The translations under genes and the position numbers were made by a program. Shown in pieces: positions 24,563-37,555 of a stretch of 64,000 bases of DNA. The first letter of the stretch is position 1. Every line of letters begins with the position of its first letter. The notes under the pieces were generated by a model. That model did no database searches. It saw nothing but the letters and a program-made list of their open reading frames with translations, and had not been told where the DNA came from. The DNA is from Malacoraja senta (Eukaryota), in contig CM075987.1 in the NCBI GenBank assembly GCA_038087875.1, forward strand, positions 26,662,001 to 26,726,000. Reading direction: 5' to 3'.

Positions 24563-25316
24563 AATGTGCTCTTTAAAATATAATTTGGTTTGCGGGGTTC
24601 CTCCCAGATGGGTGGCTTCTTACATTCGCCTCCTCGCAAAAGTGAGATAGTTATGCTTTTGTCACAAAAGAGGGATAAAGGAGGTTGTCCCGCTGTAATA
24701 TGTTGAAGTCTGAGGTCTGATGCACTGATTTTGTTGAATTCACCGGCTGGCTTAGTGCGTAAACCCTGAGTTGTCCATTTCAGAGAAGTCGGTTGGCACT
24801 GAAAAAAATCTACCTGTACATGGTCCATATTAGTTCACAACTCATTGGAGCAGAATTAGGCCATTCAGCCCATTGAGTCTACTCTGTTATTCAATCATGG
24901 CTGATCTGTCTTTCCCTCTCAACCCCATTCTCCTGCCTTCTCCCCGTAACACTCGACACCCGTACTAATCAAGAATCTATCTATCTCTGACAAAAATGCC
25001 CTATGTAATCAGGCAATTGAAAACATGTGAGATCAGTCCTGAGCTACTATCGACCTCATTGGAGAGCCTTGGACCATCGTTGATCGGACTTTACTGGCTT
25101 TATCTTGTACTAAACGTTATTCATCTGATTCCCTTTGTCCTGATTCTGTACACTGTGGACGGCTCGACTGGAATCATGTACAGTCTTTCCCTCAATTATC
25201 TGCACTACAATCTTTTTGCTCGTTAATGGATCTGATGGGCTTTACCCAATCAGCTTTCCTATCATCGAAACTTCCAGATTAGAAGTTTAGAATGCTACAG
25301 ATGGATGGTGTTCTGT

Positions 25317-25619
25317 GGGCGGCACGGTGGCGCAGCGGTAGAGTTGCTGCCTCACAGCGCCAGAGACCCGGGTTCGATCCTGACTAAGGGAGCTGCCTGT
25401 ACGGAGTTTGTACGTTCTCCCCGTGACCTGCGTGGGTTTTCTACGGGTGCTCCGGTTTCATCCCACACTCCAAAGACGTGCGGGTTTGTTGGTTAATTGG
25501 CTTGGGTAAAAATTGTAAATTAGCCCTCGTGTGTGTCGGATAGTGCTAGTATCGCTGGTCGGCGCGGACTGGGTGGGCCGAAGGGCCTGTTTCCTCGCTG
25601 TATCCCTAAACCAAACTAA
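25317..25619 (+). mobile_element. HE1/V-SINE, full length
   Basis: gggcggcacggtggcgcagcggtagag...ctaaaccaaactaa. Confidence 0.92.
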
Positions 25620-25882
25620 GCCGTCAATTAGTCATTAGTCTGACATTGGAACTGGACAAAATATTGAATACAGGAAAGAACATTAATGAGCCAAATGCTT
25701 TTTCACCCAATGGTGATGTAGTGGTTCCATGATCACCATTAATGATATTAGATTTTTAAATCAAGAGTTACTTAAATGTCTGGTTCATTTCCACAGTGTT
25801 GCTATGGTGATAGTCAAACTCCTGGATGCTTGGCTTGGTCCACAGAATTATTTTTATATTGACTTACGGGATCAGAGAAATA

Positions 25883-26340
25883 GTCATAGAGTGATTCAGT
25901 GTGGAAACAGGCCCTTCAGCCCAACTTGCCCACACCGGCCAACATGTCCCAGCTACACTAGTCCCACCTGCCCGCGTTTGCCCCATATCCCTCCAAACCG
26001 GTCCTATCCATGTACCTGTCTAACTGTTTCTTAAACAATGGGATTGTCCCAGCCTCAACTACCTCCTCTGGCAGCTCGTTCCATACACCCACCACCCTTA
26101 GTGTGAAAAAGTTACCCATCAAATTCATATTTTTACCCCTTCACTTTAAATCTATGTCCTCTGGTCCTCAATTCACCTACTCTGGGCGTCTATCCAAAGT
26201 ATCCCTCTCGTGATTTTATACACCTCCATATGATATCCCCTCATCCTCCTGCGCTCCAAGGAAACCTACTCAACCTCTCTCTATAGCTCAGACCCTCTAG
26301 TCCTGGCAACATCCTCGTAAAACATCTCTGCACCCTGTAC
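25883..26340 (-). mobile_element. CR1 LINE 3' fragment
   Basis: tcatagag tail, then reverse of the VVGVWNELP and YKIMRG regions. Confidence 0.85.
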
Positions 26341-27351
26341 ATCTGTACATCTTTGGAGTGTGGGAGGAATCCAGAGCACCTAGAGAAGACCCACGTGGTC
26401 ACTCCGTACAGAATAGAGACCCAGCCTACTCAACCTCTCCCTATAGCTCAGACTCTCCAAACCTGGCAACAGCCCTTGCCCGGAAGGAGACCTTATATTG
26501 ACCTTAAGAAGGCAGCAGTAAACATCAGAGTGTAGAAACAAGGAACTGCAGATGCCGGTTAAACAACAAAAAAACACTCAAAGTGCTGGAGTAATTCAGC
26601 GGGTCAGGCAGCATCTCTAGACAATGTGGGTAGGTGTCAAGTTGGGACCCTTCATCAGACAAGAGAAGTGTCCCGACCCAAAACCTCACCCATCCTTTTT
26701 CTCCAGAGATGCTGCCTGACCCGCTGAGTTTCAAGAGAGAGCTAGATAGGGCTCTTAAAAATAGCAGAGTCAGGGGATATGGGGAGAAGGCAGGAACGGG
26801 GTACTGATTGGGGATGATCAGCCATGATCACATTGAATGGCGGTGCTGGCTCGAAGGGCCGAATGGCCTACTCCTGCACCTATTGTCTATTGTCTATTGT
26901 TACTTCTAGTCCTCTCACCTCTTCCATTAGCGCTCCAAGTTCCAGCATTCCAGATACTTACCCTTCTATCTTTTGAACACGACAAACAGATTCCTCCTCC
27001 ATTATCATTCTGCTCTATTCCAGAGCACAAACACTTACTGTGTAGAATCATCAATATCACCTTGCTGCCATTTTTCATTCTTTTACCAATAACCTTCTTT
27101 CTTTATTCGGCTGATGGAATGTGCAGATGGAGTTTAATGCAGAGAAATGTGTGATGATGCACTTTGGCAGAAGGGTGTGGAAGCAGAGCCTTGGAGGGAT
27201 GTTTAGTTTAGTTTAAGAAGGAACTGCAGATGCTGGAACAATCGAAGGTAGATAAAAATGCTGGAGGAACTCAGCGGGTGAGGCAGCATCTCTGGAGCGA
27301 AGGAATGGGTGACGTTTCGGGTCGAGACCCTTCTTCAGTCCGCTTTCTTCA

Positions 27352-27642
27352 GTTTAGTTTAGTTAAGAGATACAGCGCAGAAACAGGCCCTTCGGCCCAC
27401 CGAGTCCATGCTGACCAGCAATCCCTGCACATTAACACCATCCTACACAATTTTACATTGATACCAAGCCAATTAACCTGTACGTGTTTGGAGTGTGGGA
27501 GGAAACTGAAGATCTCCGAGAAAACCCACCCAGGTCACGGGGAGAACGTACAAACTCCTTACAGACAGCACCGGTGGTCGGGATCGAACCCGGGTCTCTG
27601 TGGCGCTGTGAGGCAGCAGCTCTACCGCTGCGCCACCATGCC
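27352..27642 (-). mobile_element. HE1/V-SINE
   Basis: Reverse consensus. Confidence 0.85.
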
Positions 27643-27993
27643 GTACGTATAGAAGGATTATTGACCTTAGCAGGGCAGGTTGACAACACTGGGCTATTTC
27701 TAGAGAGGCCTGGAGATTAAAGGCACAGAAGTCATGCTGTTTTTTTTATTAAATACTGGTCTGGCCTCAGCTGGAGTTTTGTGTTCATTTCTAGATGCTG
27801 CGTTATAGGAAAGATGTGAAGGCGTATGCGAGAGTCCAGTAAAGGCCCGGGTCCCCATTGCCAACACTCTGTAACTTTTTGCACATTTTTACAACTTGCA
27901 GCAAATTTTCTTCTCAATATTCTTCCCACTAGTGAGCAGCCCACGGCGTAGGATCAGCAGTGGAATCTGAGGCAAGAGCACAAGAAAGAGACA

Positions 27994-28320
27994 GCACGGT
28001 GGCACAGAGGTGGAGTTGCTGCCACACAGCGCCAGGGACCCGGGTTCCTAAATAATAGAATGGATAAGAAAGGCAATGGCCCAGAGTGTAGGGGTGATGT
28101 CTGTACGGAGTTTGTCCGTTCTCCCCGTGACCGCGTGGGTTTTCTCCGGGTGCTCCAGTTTCCTCCAACACTCCAAAGACGTACAGGGTTGTAGGTTATT
28201 TGGCTTCGGTAAAGATTGTAAATTGTACCTACTGAGCAGCATCGTGCTCGTGTACGGGGTGATCGCTGGTCGGTGTGAACTCAGCGGGCCGAAGGTCCTG
28301 TTTCCGTGCTGTAACTCTAA
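27994..28320 (+). mobile_element. HE1/V-SINE with internal insertion
   Basis: Head and V domain separated by unrelated ~28048-28090 sequence. Confidence 0.8.
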
Positions 28321-28324
28321 CCTG

Positions 28325-28715
28325 GTTCAGTTTAGTTTATTGTCACGTGTACCGAGGTACAGTGAAAAGTTTTTTGTTGCGTGCTAACCAGTCAGCGGAA
28401 AGACAATACATGATTACAATCGAGCCATTCACAGTGTACAGATACATGATAAGGGAATAACGTTTAGTGCAAGGTAAAGCCAGCAAAGTCCGATCAAAGA
28501 TAGTCCGAGGGTCGCCAATGAGGTGGATAGTAGTTCAGGACTGCTCTCTGGTTGTGGTAGGTTGGATCAGTTGCCTGATAACAGCTGGGAAGAAACTGTC
28601 CCTGAATCTGGAGGTGTGTGTTTTCATACTTCTATATATTTTGCCCGATGGGAGAGGGGAGGGGAGGGAGTGGCCAGGGTGCGACTCGTCCTTGATTATG
28701 CTGCTGGCCTTGCCG
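28325..28715 (-). mobile_element. Rex1/Babar LINE 3' fragment
   Basis: KASSIIKDESHPGHSLPSPLPSGKIYRSMKTHTSRFRDSFFPAVIRQL. Confidence 0.88.
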
Positions 28716-29118
28716 AGGCCGGCGACTAAACTCAGAAGATCAGCTGACTGGCGCAAAACGTCACTTATCCATGTTCTCCGGAGATGCTGCCTGAGCCAGA
28801 GTTACTGCAGCACCCTGTTTCCAGGCTGTATCTCCAAACTAAACTAAGAAGCAGGTGTAAACAATATACCATTCAATATGATCGTGGATGATCTGTCTCG
28901 GACTTCGTCCCCTGCAGTGCAATACCACTAAACAGATCGATCCTATCCAAGATCGTTCCAAGACAATCGCTCTCCAGTATTGCAATATTCTCCTTAAATC
29001 AATAAGCCTGCTCTCCCTTCTTTCTTTACTTCTATTGAACGCCAGGAGCCCAAACAAAATGTAGAATGTGTTCATTGCCAGGTTTCTTTCGTTGTCACAA
29101 GATCATCATCCCATGTTC

Positions 29119-29785
29119 AGAGTCATAGAGTGATACAGCATGGAAACAGGCCCTTCAGCCCAACATAGCCACACCAGCCAATACGTCCCAGCTACAATTG
29201 TCTCACCTGTCTGCGATTGGTCCATATCCCTCCAAACCTGTCCAATCCATGTACCTGTCTAACCGTTTCTTAAACGTTGGGATAGTCCCAGACTCAACTA
29301 CCTCCTCTGGCAGCTTGTTCCATGCGACAGCCAAAAAACACTGGGATATTCCCAGCCTCAACTACCTCCTCTGGCAGCTTGTTCCATGCGACTACCAAAA
29401 AACGTTGGGATAGTCCCAGACTCAACTACCTCCTCTGGCAGCTTGTTCCATGCGACTGCCAAAAAACGTTGGGATATTCCCAACCTCAATTACCTCCTCT
29501 GGCAGCTTGTTCCATGCGACCGCTGAAAAAGTTACCCGTCAGATTCCTATTAAATCTTTTCCCCTTCACCTTAAACCTACGTCATCTGGTCCTCGATTCC
29601 CCTACTCTGGGCAAGAGACTCTGTGCGTCCACCCGATCTATTCCTCTCATGATTTTATACACTTCTATAAGTTCACCCCTCATCCTCCTGCACTCCAGGG
29701 AATAGAGTCCCAGTCTACTCAACCTCTCCCTATAGCTCATACCCTCTAGTCTAGGCAACATCCTTGTAAATCTTCTCTGTACCCT
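29119..29785 (-). mobile_element. CR1 LINE 3' fragment containing a 4x 64-bp tandem expansion
   Basis: VQRRFTRMLPRLEGMSYRERL; repeat units start ~29273, 29337, 29401, 29465. Confidence 0.9.
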
Positions 29786-30960
29786 GTACATCTTTGGAGT
29801 GTGGGAGGAAACTGGAGCACCCGGAGAAAACCCATGTGGTCACGGGGAGAACATCCAGACTCCGTACAGACGGCACCCGTCGTCAGTTTGGCACAATGGT
29901 GCAGAGGTAGAGCTACTGCCACTGGAGACCCGGGTTCGATCCCGACCAAGGGTGTTGTCAGTACGGAGTTTGTCCGTTCTCCCCGTGACCTGCGTGGGTT
30001 TTTTCTCCGGGTGCTCCAGTTTCCTCCTGCACTCCAAAGACGTACAGGTTTGTAGGTTAATCGACTTGGTAAAATTGTCCCTGGTGCGTGTAGGATAGCG
30101 TCAGTGTGCGGGGATCGCTGGTCGGCGCGGACTTGGTGGGACGAAGGGCCTGTTTCCGCGCTGTATCTCTAATCTAAATCTACTGTAAAGCTGACATTGT
30201 CAATGCAGCAAGGATCTATCAAAGTTCCGGCATTTCTGGAGGAATGCTCATAAAAAATAATATTTTTTTTAAATGGCATTTTCACACCATTTGCTGCCCC
30301 CACCAATTAAGACCTATGAAACTAGTGTAAAAAACCCCATTATCCTTCTCCCCAAGGTGCCATCTATGCAGCTTGTACCAGTGGTATGAGCATTATAATG
30401 AAGGTATTTTTTGTACCATTAATCCCAGAGTTGTAAACAATAGTATGGTTGAAGAGAGGCAATGGCTCATCTAAGAATGTTGTTACAATGGCAGAGAATA
30501 ACCATGATTCAGACAGTAATTATTTTATTGAAGCCTACCATGTATGCATATATTTAAGCTGTTTCCCCAGCTTGAATAGAGACAAGAAAATAGCAATAAC
30601 AATTCTACGCGTGTCACTGTTTCCTGGTTTTATTATATGTGCCGCTTCCAATTGAAGAAGACGAGGCTAAATGCCGAGTTGTTAACTTTACTCTGCAATG
30701 CTTTGTCGTTCCAATTGAAAATGCACAATGCCTTTGAAGGATATTTACCTCTAGTCATCTTCCAAGGCAGCTTACACCATGGATGTAACCGCAGTGAAAA
30801 CAGTACCATAACAAAAATGATTTACAAAGAAATAATTACTAGAGGCAAAGGATTCGTGTTGGATAGATCATAGAACATTGAGCATAGGACAGTACAGGAA
30901 CGGGCCCTTCGGCCCATAATGTTTGTGCCGAACATGATGCCGAATTAAAGTGATCTCATC

Positions 30961-31259
30961 AGCACGGTGGCGCAGCGGTAGAGTTGCTGCCTCACAGCGC
31001 CTGGGACCCGGGTTCGATCCCGACTACGGGCGCTGTCTGTACGGAGTTTGTCCGTTCTCCCCGTGACCCACGTGGGTTTTCTCCGGGTGCTCCGGTTTCC
31101 TCCCACACTCCAAAGACGTACAGGTTTGCAGGCTAATTGGCTTGGGTATAATTGTAAATTGTGTGTAGGATAGTGTTAGCGTGCGCGGATCGCTGGTCGG
31201 CACGGACTCGATGGGCCGAAGGGCCCGTTTCCACGTTGTGTCTCTAAACTAGACTAAAC
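30961..31259 (+). mobile_element. HE1/V-SINE, full length
   Basis: Consensus head, V domain and tail. Confidence 0.92.
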
Positions 31260-33865
31260 AAAAAATAATAATTTACAAATATATAGTAACAGAGGCAAAA
31301 GACACATGTTAGATAGAACATTGCACATGGGACAGTACAGGCTCGAAGGGCCAAATGGCCTCATCCTGCACCTATTTTCTATGTTTACAGCAAAGGAACT
31401 GGCCCTTCGGCTCACAATGCTTGTCCCGAACAAGATGCCAAGTTAAATTGATGACATCTGCCTGGTCCATATAGCCATGGTCTATATCCACTTCCATGGG
31501 CCCATCGAATAACCTCTTAAACACCATTGTCGTATCTGCCTCCACCATCACCAGGCCCCACCACTCTCTGTGTAAAAGTCTTGCCCCGCACATCTCCTTT
31601 AAACTTTCCCCCTCTCACCTTATAGACATACCCTCTAATGTTGGGGAGAAAGGTTCTGACCTCTCAATGTTATACACTTCTTTCAAGATAGAATCCAGAA
31701 CACCTTAAATTAAAGAAAAGGATGACATTTTCAATGATGCTGTCAAATATGTGCTTCAATGTCTCTTTGTACAGACTTAATCCACTTCAATTAAGGTCAA
31801 AATTAAATTCCAGACACTAGGTCTGGCAACAAATGTCCCAGTAGAAACAAGGAACTGCTAATGCTGGTTTATACCAAAGGTAGACACAAAGTGCTGAAGT
31901 AACTTAGTGGGTCAGGCAGCATCTCTGGAGAAAAAGGGTGGATGATGTCTGGGGCGGCACAGTGGTGCAGCGGTAGAGTTGCTGCCTCACAACGCCAGAG
32001 ACCCAAGTTCGATCCTGACCTCAGGAGCCGTCTGTACGGAGTTTGTACGCTCTTCCCGTGACCTCGTGGGTTTTCCCTGGGTGCTCCAGTTTCCTTCCAC
32101 ATTCCAAAGACGTGCAGGTTAAATGGCTTCTGTAAATTGCCCCAAAGGCATTGAACGAGTGTTACGGGTGTTCAATGGTCGTCGTGGACTCGATGGGCCG
32201 AAGGGCCGCCTCCACGCTGTGGAACGGAACCAAACCAAACCCCAAAGCAAACACCAGACTAAATCAAAAACACCAAACCAAAGACCAAACACCAAAGATC
32301 AAAGGCTAAAGAAACAACGACCAAACAACAAACCAAAATCTAAAAGTTAACACCAAAGGTGGGAAAAGATTAGGTCTCTGTGTTGTGAAGATGAGGAGCT
32401 AAGGCTGCAAAGCAAGAAGTAGAACCTCAGAGGTAATAGTCACTGGATTATTACCCGAGTGGCATGAAATTTGGCACAGGACAAATGAATGAATGAATGA
32501 ATGAATGAATAGTTTAACAAATTATTTTAACAAATAGTGTTAGAGAATAGAATGCGTGACTCAAGGTGGACACAAAATGCTGGAGCAACTCAGCGAGACA
32601 GGCAGCATCTCCGGAGAGAAGGAATGTGTGACGTTTTGGGTCGAGACCCTTCTCCAAGGGGTGGTTTGTGGGGGAATGGGCTTTGGGGGAGCCAACAGTT
32701 GCAGTGGGGGTAAAGAGAGCATGTCTTGCACAGGAATCCTACTGGGAGCAGTGTTCTAATGAGCAGTGTTCTAGGGAAATAGGAAGGATTTAAAAGTAAA
32801 TAGTGGAAGCAAGAGGGCACACTGTGGTAAATCAGAGCACAGGCAATGTTAATGAGCAAGGATGGGGAATGATGCACACATTAGCACAGGAAAGGGTAGA
32901 GTACAAATCTAAGAATAAATCTGTTAATAATGCTGGAATTCACAAAATTAATAAGAGGACAAATGTAAAGACTTTATCTTTTGCAGGCAGCATTCTAAAT
33001 ACAAGTGTTTAGAGTGTAAATAAAAATAAATAAATACAGATAAATACAAAATACCAGAGGGCATAGGTTTAAGGTGTAGGGGGAAAGATTTAATAGGAAT
33101 CCGAGGGGTAATTTTTATCATAGAAGGATGGTGTATGTAAGGAATGAGCTGCCGGAGGAGGTAGTCGAGGCAGGGACTATCGCAACGTTTAAGAAGCAAT
33201 TAGACAGGTACATAGATAGGACAGGGTTTAGAGGGATATGGGCTAAATGCAGGCAGATGGGACGGGTGTAGATGGGACATGTTGGCCGGTATGGGCAGCA
33301 GTCATCATATGATTGAATTTTATCTTCAAATTTTAACCGGAGCACGCAGAGAAAACCCCACGCAGGACATGGGGAGAACGGACAAACTCGGAGCAGTCTG
33401 CACCCGTAGTGGGGATCGAACCCTGGTCTCTGGCGCTGTAAGTGCTGTAAGGCAGCAACTCTACCGCTGCGCCACCGTGCGATTGTTTGAGCTGGTCAGA
33501 TCAGATTGAGACAAATAATTTTGTTTATCCTTTCTTTAACAGAACTAACTGTTCAGGTTCTTAATCCGTTGTAACTTGGTTTTACCAGCTCCTTTCTTGA
33601 AGCATGGAATTCAGCGAAGTAATTATTGGCAGCACATGACTAGACTTGACATACAATCAGTTCACTTCCATATAAAGGAAGCACGGTGCTTGTGGGCCGA
33701 TGTCACCCCAGTCTCTCTCAACAATAGCCCAGAGGCAGCACAAACAAGGTTTGAAAAAGGCTTCATAAACATCACAAGAGAATATCTAATAACCATGTCA
33801 TTTATACATGGGAATGTTCACTTGCAACCCAATTTTGGAAATTTAGAAAAGATGTCAAGATGGTT

Positions 33866-34177
33866 AAGTTTAGTTTAGTTTATTCTGTACAGATACAGCG
33901 CGGAAACAGGACATTCGGCCCACCGAGTACGTGCCGACCAGCGATCCCCGCGCGCTAACACTATCCTACACGCACACCGGGGACAAATTTACATTTATAC
34001 CAAGCCAATTAGCCTACAAACCTGTACGTCCTTGGAGTGTGGGAGGAAAGTAGAGATCCTGGAGAAAACCCACACAGGTCAAGGGGAGGACGTACAGACA
34101 AGCACCCGCAGTCAGGATCGAATCTGGGTCTCTGGCGCTGTAACAGCAGCTCTACCGCTGTGTCACCGTGCCGCCCC
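33866..34177 (-). mobile_element. HE1/V-SINE, full length
   Basis: Reverse consensus. Confidence 0.88.
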
Positions 34178-34927
34178 TAAATATGACATAACTAGATATG
34201 AACAAAATATTTGCACAGGTTTAGAGTCATAGAGTCATACATTCTCTCTGAAGTTGCCTTCCACTAGCAGAGAATTAACCAGAGAATTAACCAGAATTAA
34301 GAAGAGAATTAACCAGAATTATGAAGTTAACACTGAACCACTTTTTTTATCAAAGATTGAAGAAATGGAGGTGGGAGGATAATTCACAGGCAGGAGGAGA
34401 GAGGTATTTTTATTTTTTAATTTTCCCTTATCTTTCAACTTCTGATTCAATTTCACTTGGGGCAGTTTACAACCCGGCAGTATGAGTATTGACTTCTCTA
34501 AATACAAGTAACCCTTGCTTTCCCTCTCTCTCCATCCCTCCCCCACCCCTAGTTTCACTATCCTTCTGAATAATTGCACTGATTGCATGCCTTTTTGTCA
34601 ACTTAAGGAAACAGGCCATTGTTAGCTGTTTGTTGGGTGAAAATGAGAAGCTGGTGTGATTTGGGTGGGTGAGGGAGGGAATGCCGGGGTTACTTGAAGT
34701 TAGACAAATCAATATCATACCACTGCCCAAACGGCAATGGCCCATTTCCTTTATCATCGTTACTTTTTTGCATATGTTTCATTCATTTGTTCTTTATCCC
34801 TCTACATCTCCCGTTTCCCTTTCCTCTGACCCTCAGTCTGAAGAAGGGTCTCGAGCCAAAACATCACCCATTCCTTCTCTCCAGAAATGCTGCCTGTCCC
34901 GCTGAGTTATTCCAGCATTTTGTATCT

Positions 34928-35293
34928 CAAGTCAAGTCAAGTCACTTTTATTTCTATAGCACATTTAAAAAACAACTCTCGTTGACCAAAGAACTTTACA
35001 TTGGTGGAGGTACTAACGTTAAACAACAGTGGTTCATAGAGTAAGTACATACATAAATACATACATATAACCCTCGCTCAGAGGACGTCAAGAAAGGCTT
35101 GGGAGTAAAGATGAGTTTTAAGTCTCGACTTAAGAGTCGATGGAGGGGGCAGTTCTGATGGGAAGGGGGATGCTGTTCCACAGTCTAGGAGCTGCAACCG
35201 CAAAGGTGCGGTCGCCCCTGAGTTTATGGCTAGACCGCGGGATGTTCAGTAACCCCAGGTCGGCCGATCTGAGGGACCTGGAGGTGGTGTGGT
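34928..35293 (-). mobile_element. L2 LINE 3' fragment
   Basis: Reverse complement of the 35960-36316 copy; (gactt)n tail. Confidence 0.88.
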
Positions 35294-35614
35294 GGCTAGC
35301 TCTATCTTCTGATTCAGCTAGTATGGCATGTTAAAGGCTTTCTCCTCAAAAAAACCATCTATAACTACATTCTAATTCTATTTCCTATATTTTATGCTCT
35401 TATTTAACATGAATGCAGTTTGCTGAACTGTTAAGAGATTAGGATGCTCGTGAAAGTGGATTTTTGTTGATAATATTGTTTCAATAACACAAGAGGCAAA
35501 ACATTACATATTTTAGGTTGAAACTCTTTCAACAGAACCCTGATCTAATTGTTGAATTTTGTTTGCCCAAACCCTAATTCTGTAAAATCACTAGAGATGC
35601 TCTTGGAATTTAAC

Positions 35615-36316
35615 TGGGTAAAAGCTAGCTTCTTTCAGCTTCGGACGATAGCTAAAATAAAACAATTCCTCCAGTTTGATGACCTTGAAAAGATCATCCA
35701 CACATTCATCTCCTCCCGTCTAAATTACTGCAACTCCCTTTACACTGGCATCAGCCAATCTTCCCTGTCCCGCCTGCAACTGGACCAAAACGCTGCAGCG
35801 AGACTCCTGACGGGCACCCGAAAAAGGGACCACATCACCCCGATCCTGGCCTCTCTCCACAGGCTCCCTGTGCGGTTCCGTATAAACTTCAAGATCCTCC
35901 TCCATGTCTATAAAGCCCTCAATGGGCTTGCCCCCACCTACATAAAAAGTCTTCTCACCCACCACTCCACCTCCAGGCCCCTCAGATCGACCGACTTGGG
36001 GTTGCTGAATATCCCACGGTCTAGGCATAAGCTCCGGGGCGACCGCGCCTTTGCGGTTGCAGCCCCTAGACTGTGGAACAGCATCCCCCTTCCCATCAGA
36101 ACTGCCCCCTCCATCGACTCCTTTAAGTCAAGACTAAAGACTTATCTATACTCCCAAGCCTTTCCTGACGTCCTCTGAGTGAGGGCTACATGTATATATG
36201 TATGTAGTTTGTTTGTTTATACTATTCTTATAACAAATGTAAAGCACTTTGGCCAACGAGAGTTGTTTTTTAAATGTGCTATATAAATAAATGTGACTTG
36301 ACTTGACTTGACTTGG
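35615..36316 (+). mobile_element. L2 LINE 3' fragment
   Basis: KASFFQLRTIAKIK...SRLNYCNSL...QNAAARLL...GDRAFAVAAPRLWNSIP; tail gtaaagcactttgg...gtgctatataaataaa(tgact)n. Confidence 0.92.
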
Positions 36317-37194
36317 GAACTGCCAAACTGGGCAAATTTCAGAATCAAATCATCAGCTATAATTATTGCTTGCTGTTTTCTGGTGCCGTCTAGCACAGGG
36401 AAAAATAGAACATTGAAAGTCTTCACTGAAATTGGGGGCGGCACGGTGGCGGAGGGGTAGAGTTGCTGCCTCACAGCGGCGTTCGATCCCGACTACAGGT
36501 GCGGTTTGTATGGAGTTTGCACGTTCTCACTGTGAACTGCGTGGGTTTTCTCCGGGTGCTCCGGTTTCCTACCACACTCCAAAGACGTGCAGGTTTGCAG
36601 GTTAATCGGCTTCTGGAAATTGTGAATTGTCCCTCGTGTGTAGGGTTGTACCGGTGTAAGGGGGGGGACTAGTGTAGCTGGGACATGTTGGTCGGCGTGG
36701 ACATGGTGGGCCGAAGGGCCTGTTTCCACGCTGCATCTCAAAGATCATAAATAAGCAAGCTATTGTAAATAGATAAATTTCCTTCTTTCAGGCAGCTCTT
36801 CGTGGAGATTATTCCCGTTTCCCGTGGGATTTCACTCTGAGCTTTGGTCGTCATGTCCTGGGGCAATCTTCCTTGCTGAGCCTTTTAAAAACCCTGAGCT
36901 AAATACCGCAAATGGTCCCAGTGGAACAGAGAATTTAAATCCTCGGCAGAGATAGTCAATCAATGTCAGCCAAAGGCTTATGGTGCCAATTCACACATCC
37001 AAGAGCTCCTGAGAATGACAACATCCTCCTGATGAGACTGCAGTCTCACATGCGGAATGTGACAAAACCCTTAGGCAGAAATACTTATTTAGAATTTGAT
37101 CAACGCAAAAGATAAAACATGACATAATTAATTACAAAAACATTGACACGAGATTTTAAAAAAGCCAATCGCCGCTCCAGTGCCCCCTAAGCAG

Positions 37195-37555
37195 AAGATA
37201 GACAATAAAAGCTGGAGTAACTCAGCGGGTCAGGCAGCATCTCTGGAGAGAAGGAATGGGTGATGTTTCGGGTCAAGACCCTTCTTCAGACCGAGAGTCA
37301 GGGGGAGAGGGAAACGGGTGATATAGACGGTGATGTTGAGAGATAAAGAACAAATGAAAGATATGAAAAAGAAAAGTGACGATGAAACAGGAAACACGCC
37401 TGTGTTAGCTGCAGGCTAGGTGAAAATGAGTTGCAGACAATGAGACTCAACAAGACGACTTTGAAGCTGGTACGACTTGTGTGGGGGAGGGACAGAGAGA
37501 AGGGATACAAGGGGTACTTGAAGTTAGAAAAATCAATATTCATACCACCGGGTTG
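37195..37555 (-). mobile_element. Penelope-like 3' end/pLTR
   Basis: MNIDFSNFK C-terminus on the minus strand followed by a pLTR with hammerhead-like core (~37259-37293). Confidence 0.8.

Noticed and set aside
25317..25390. tRNA-like sequences with A and B boxes (many copies)
   Set aside because: They are SINE heads continuing into the V domain and a LINE-derived tail, not tRNA genes.
36792..36955. Strong acceptor-like tttccttctttcag followed by short open frames
   Set aside because: All frames stop soon, with no donor and no recognisable protein.
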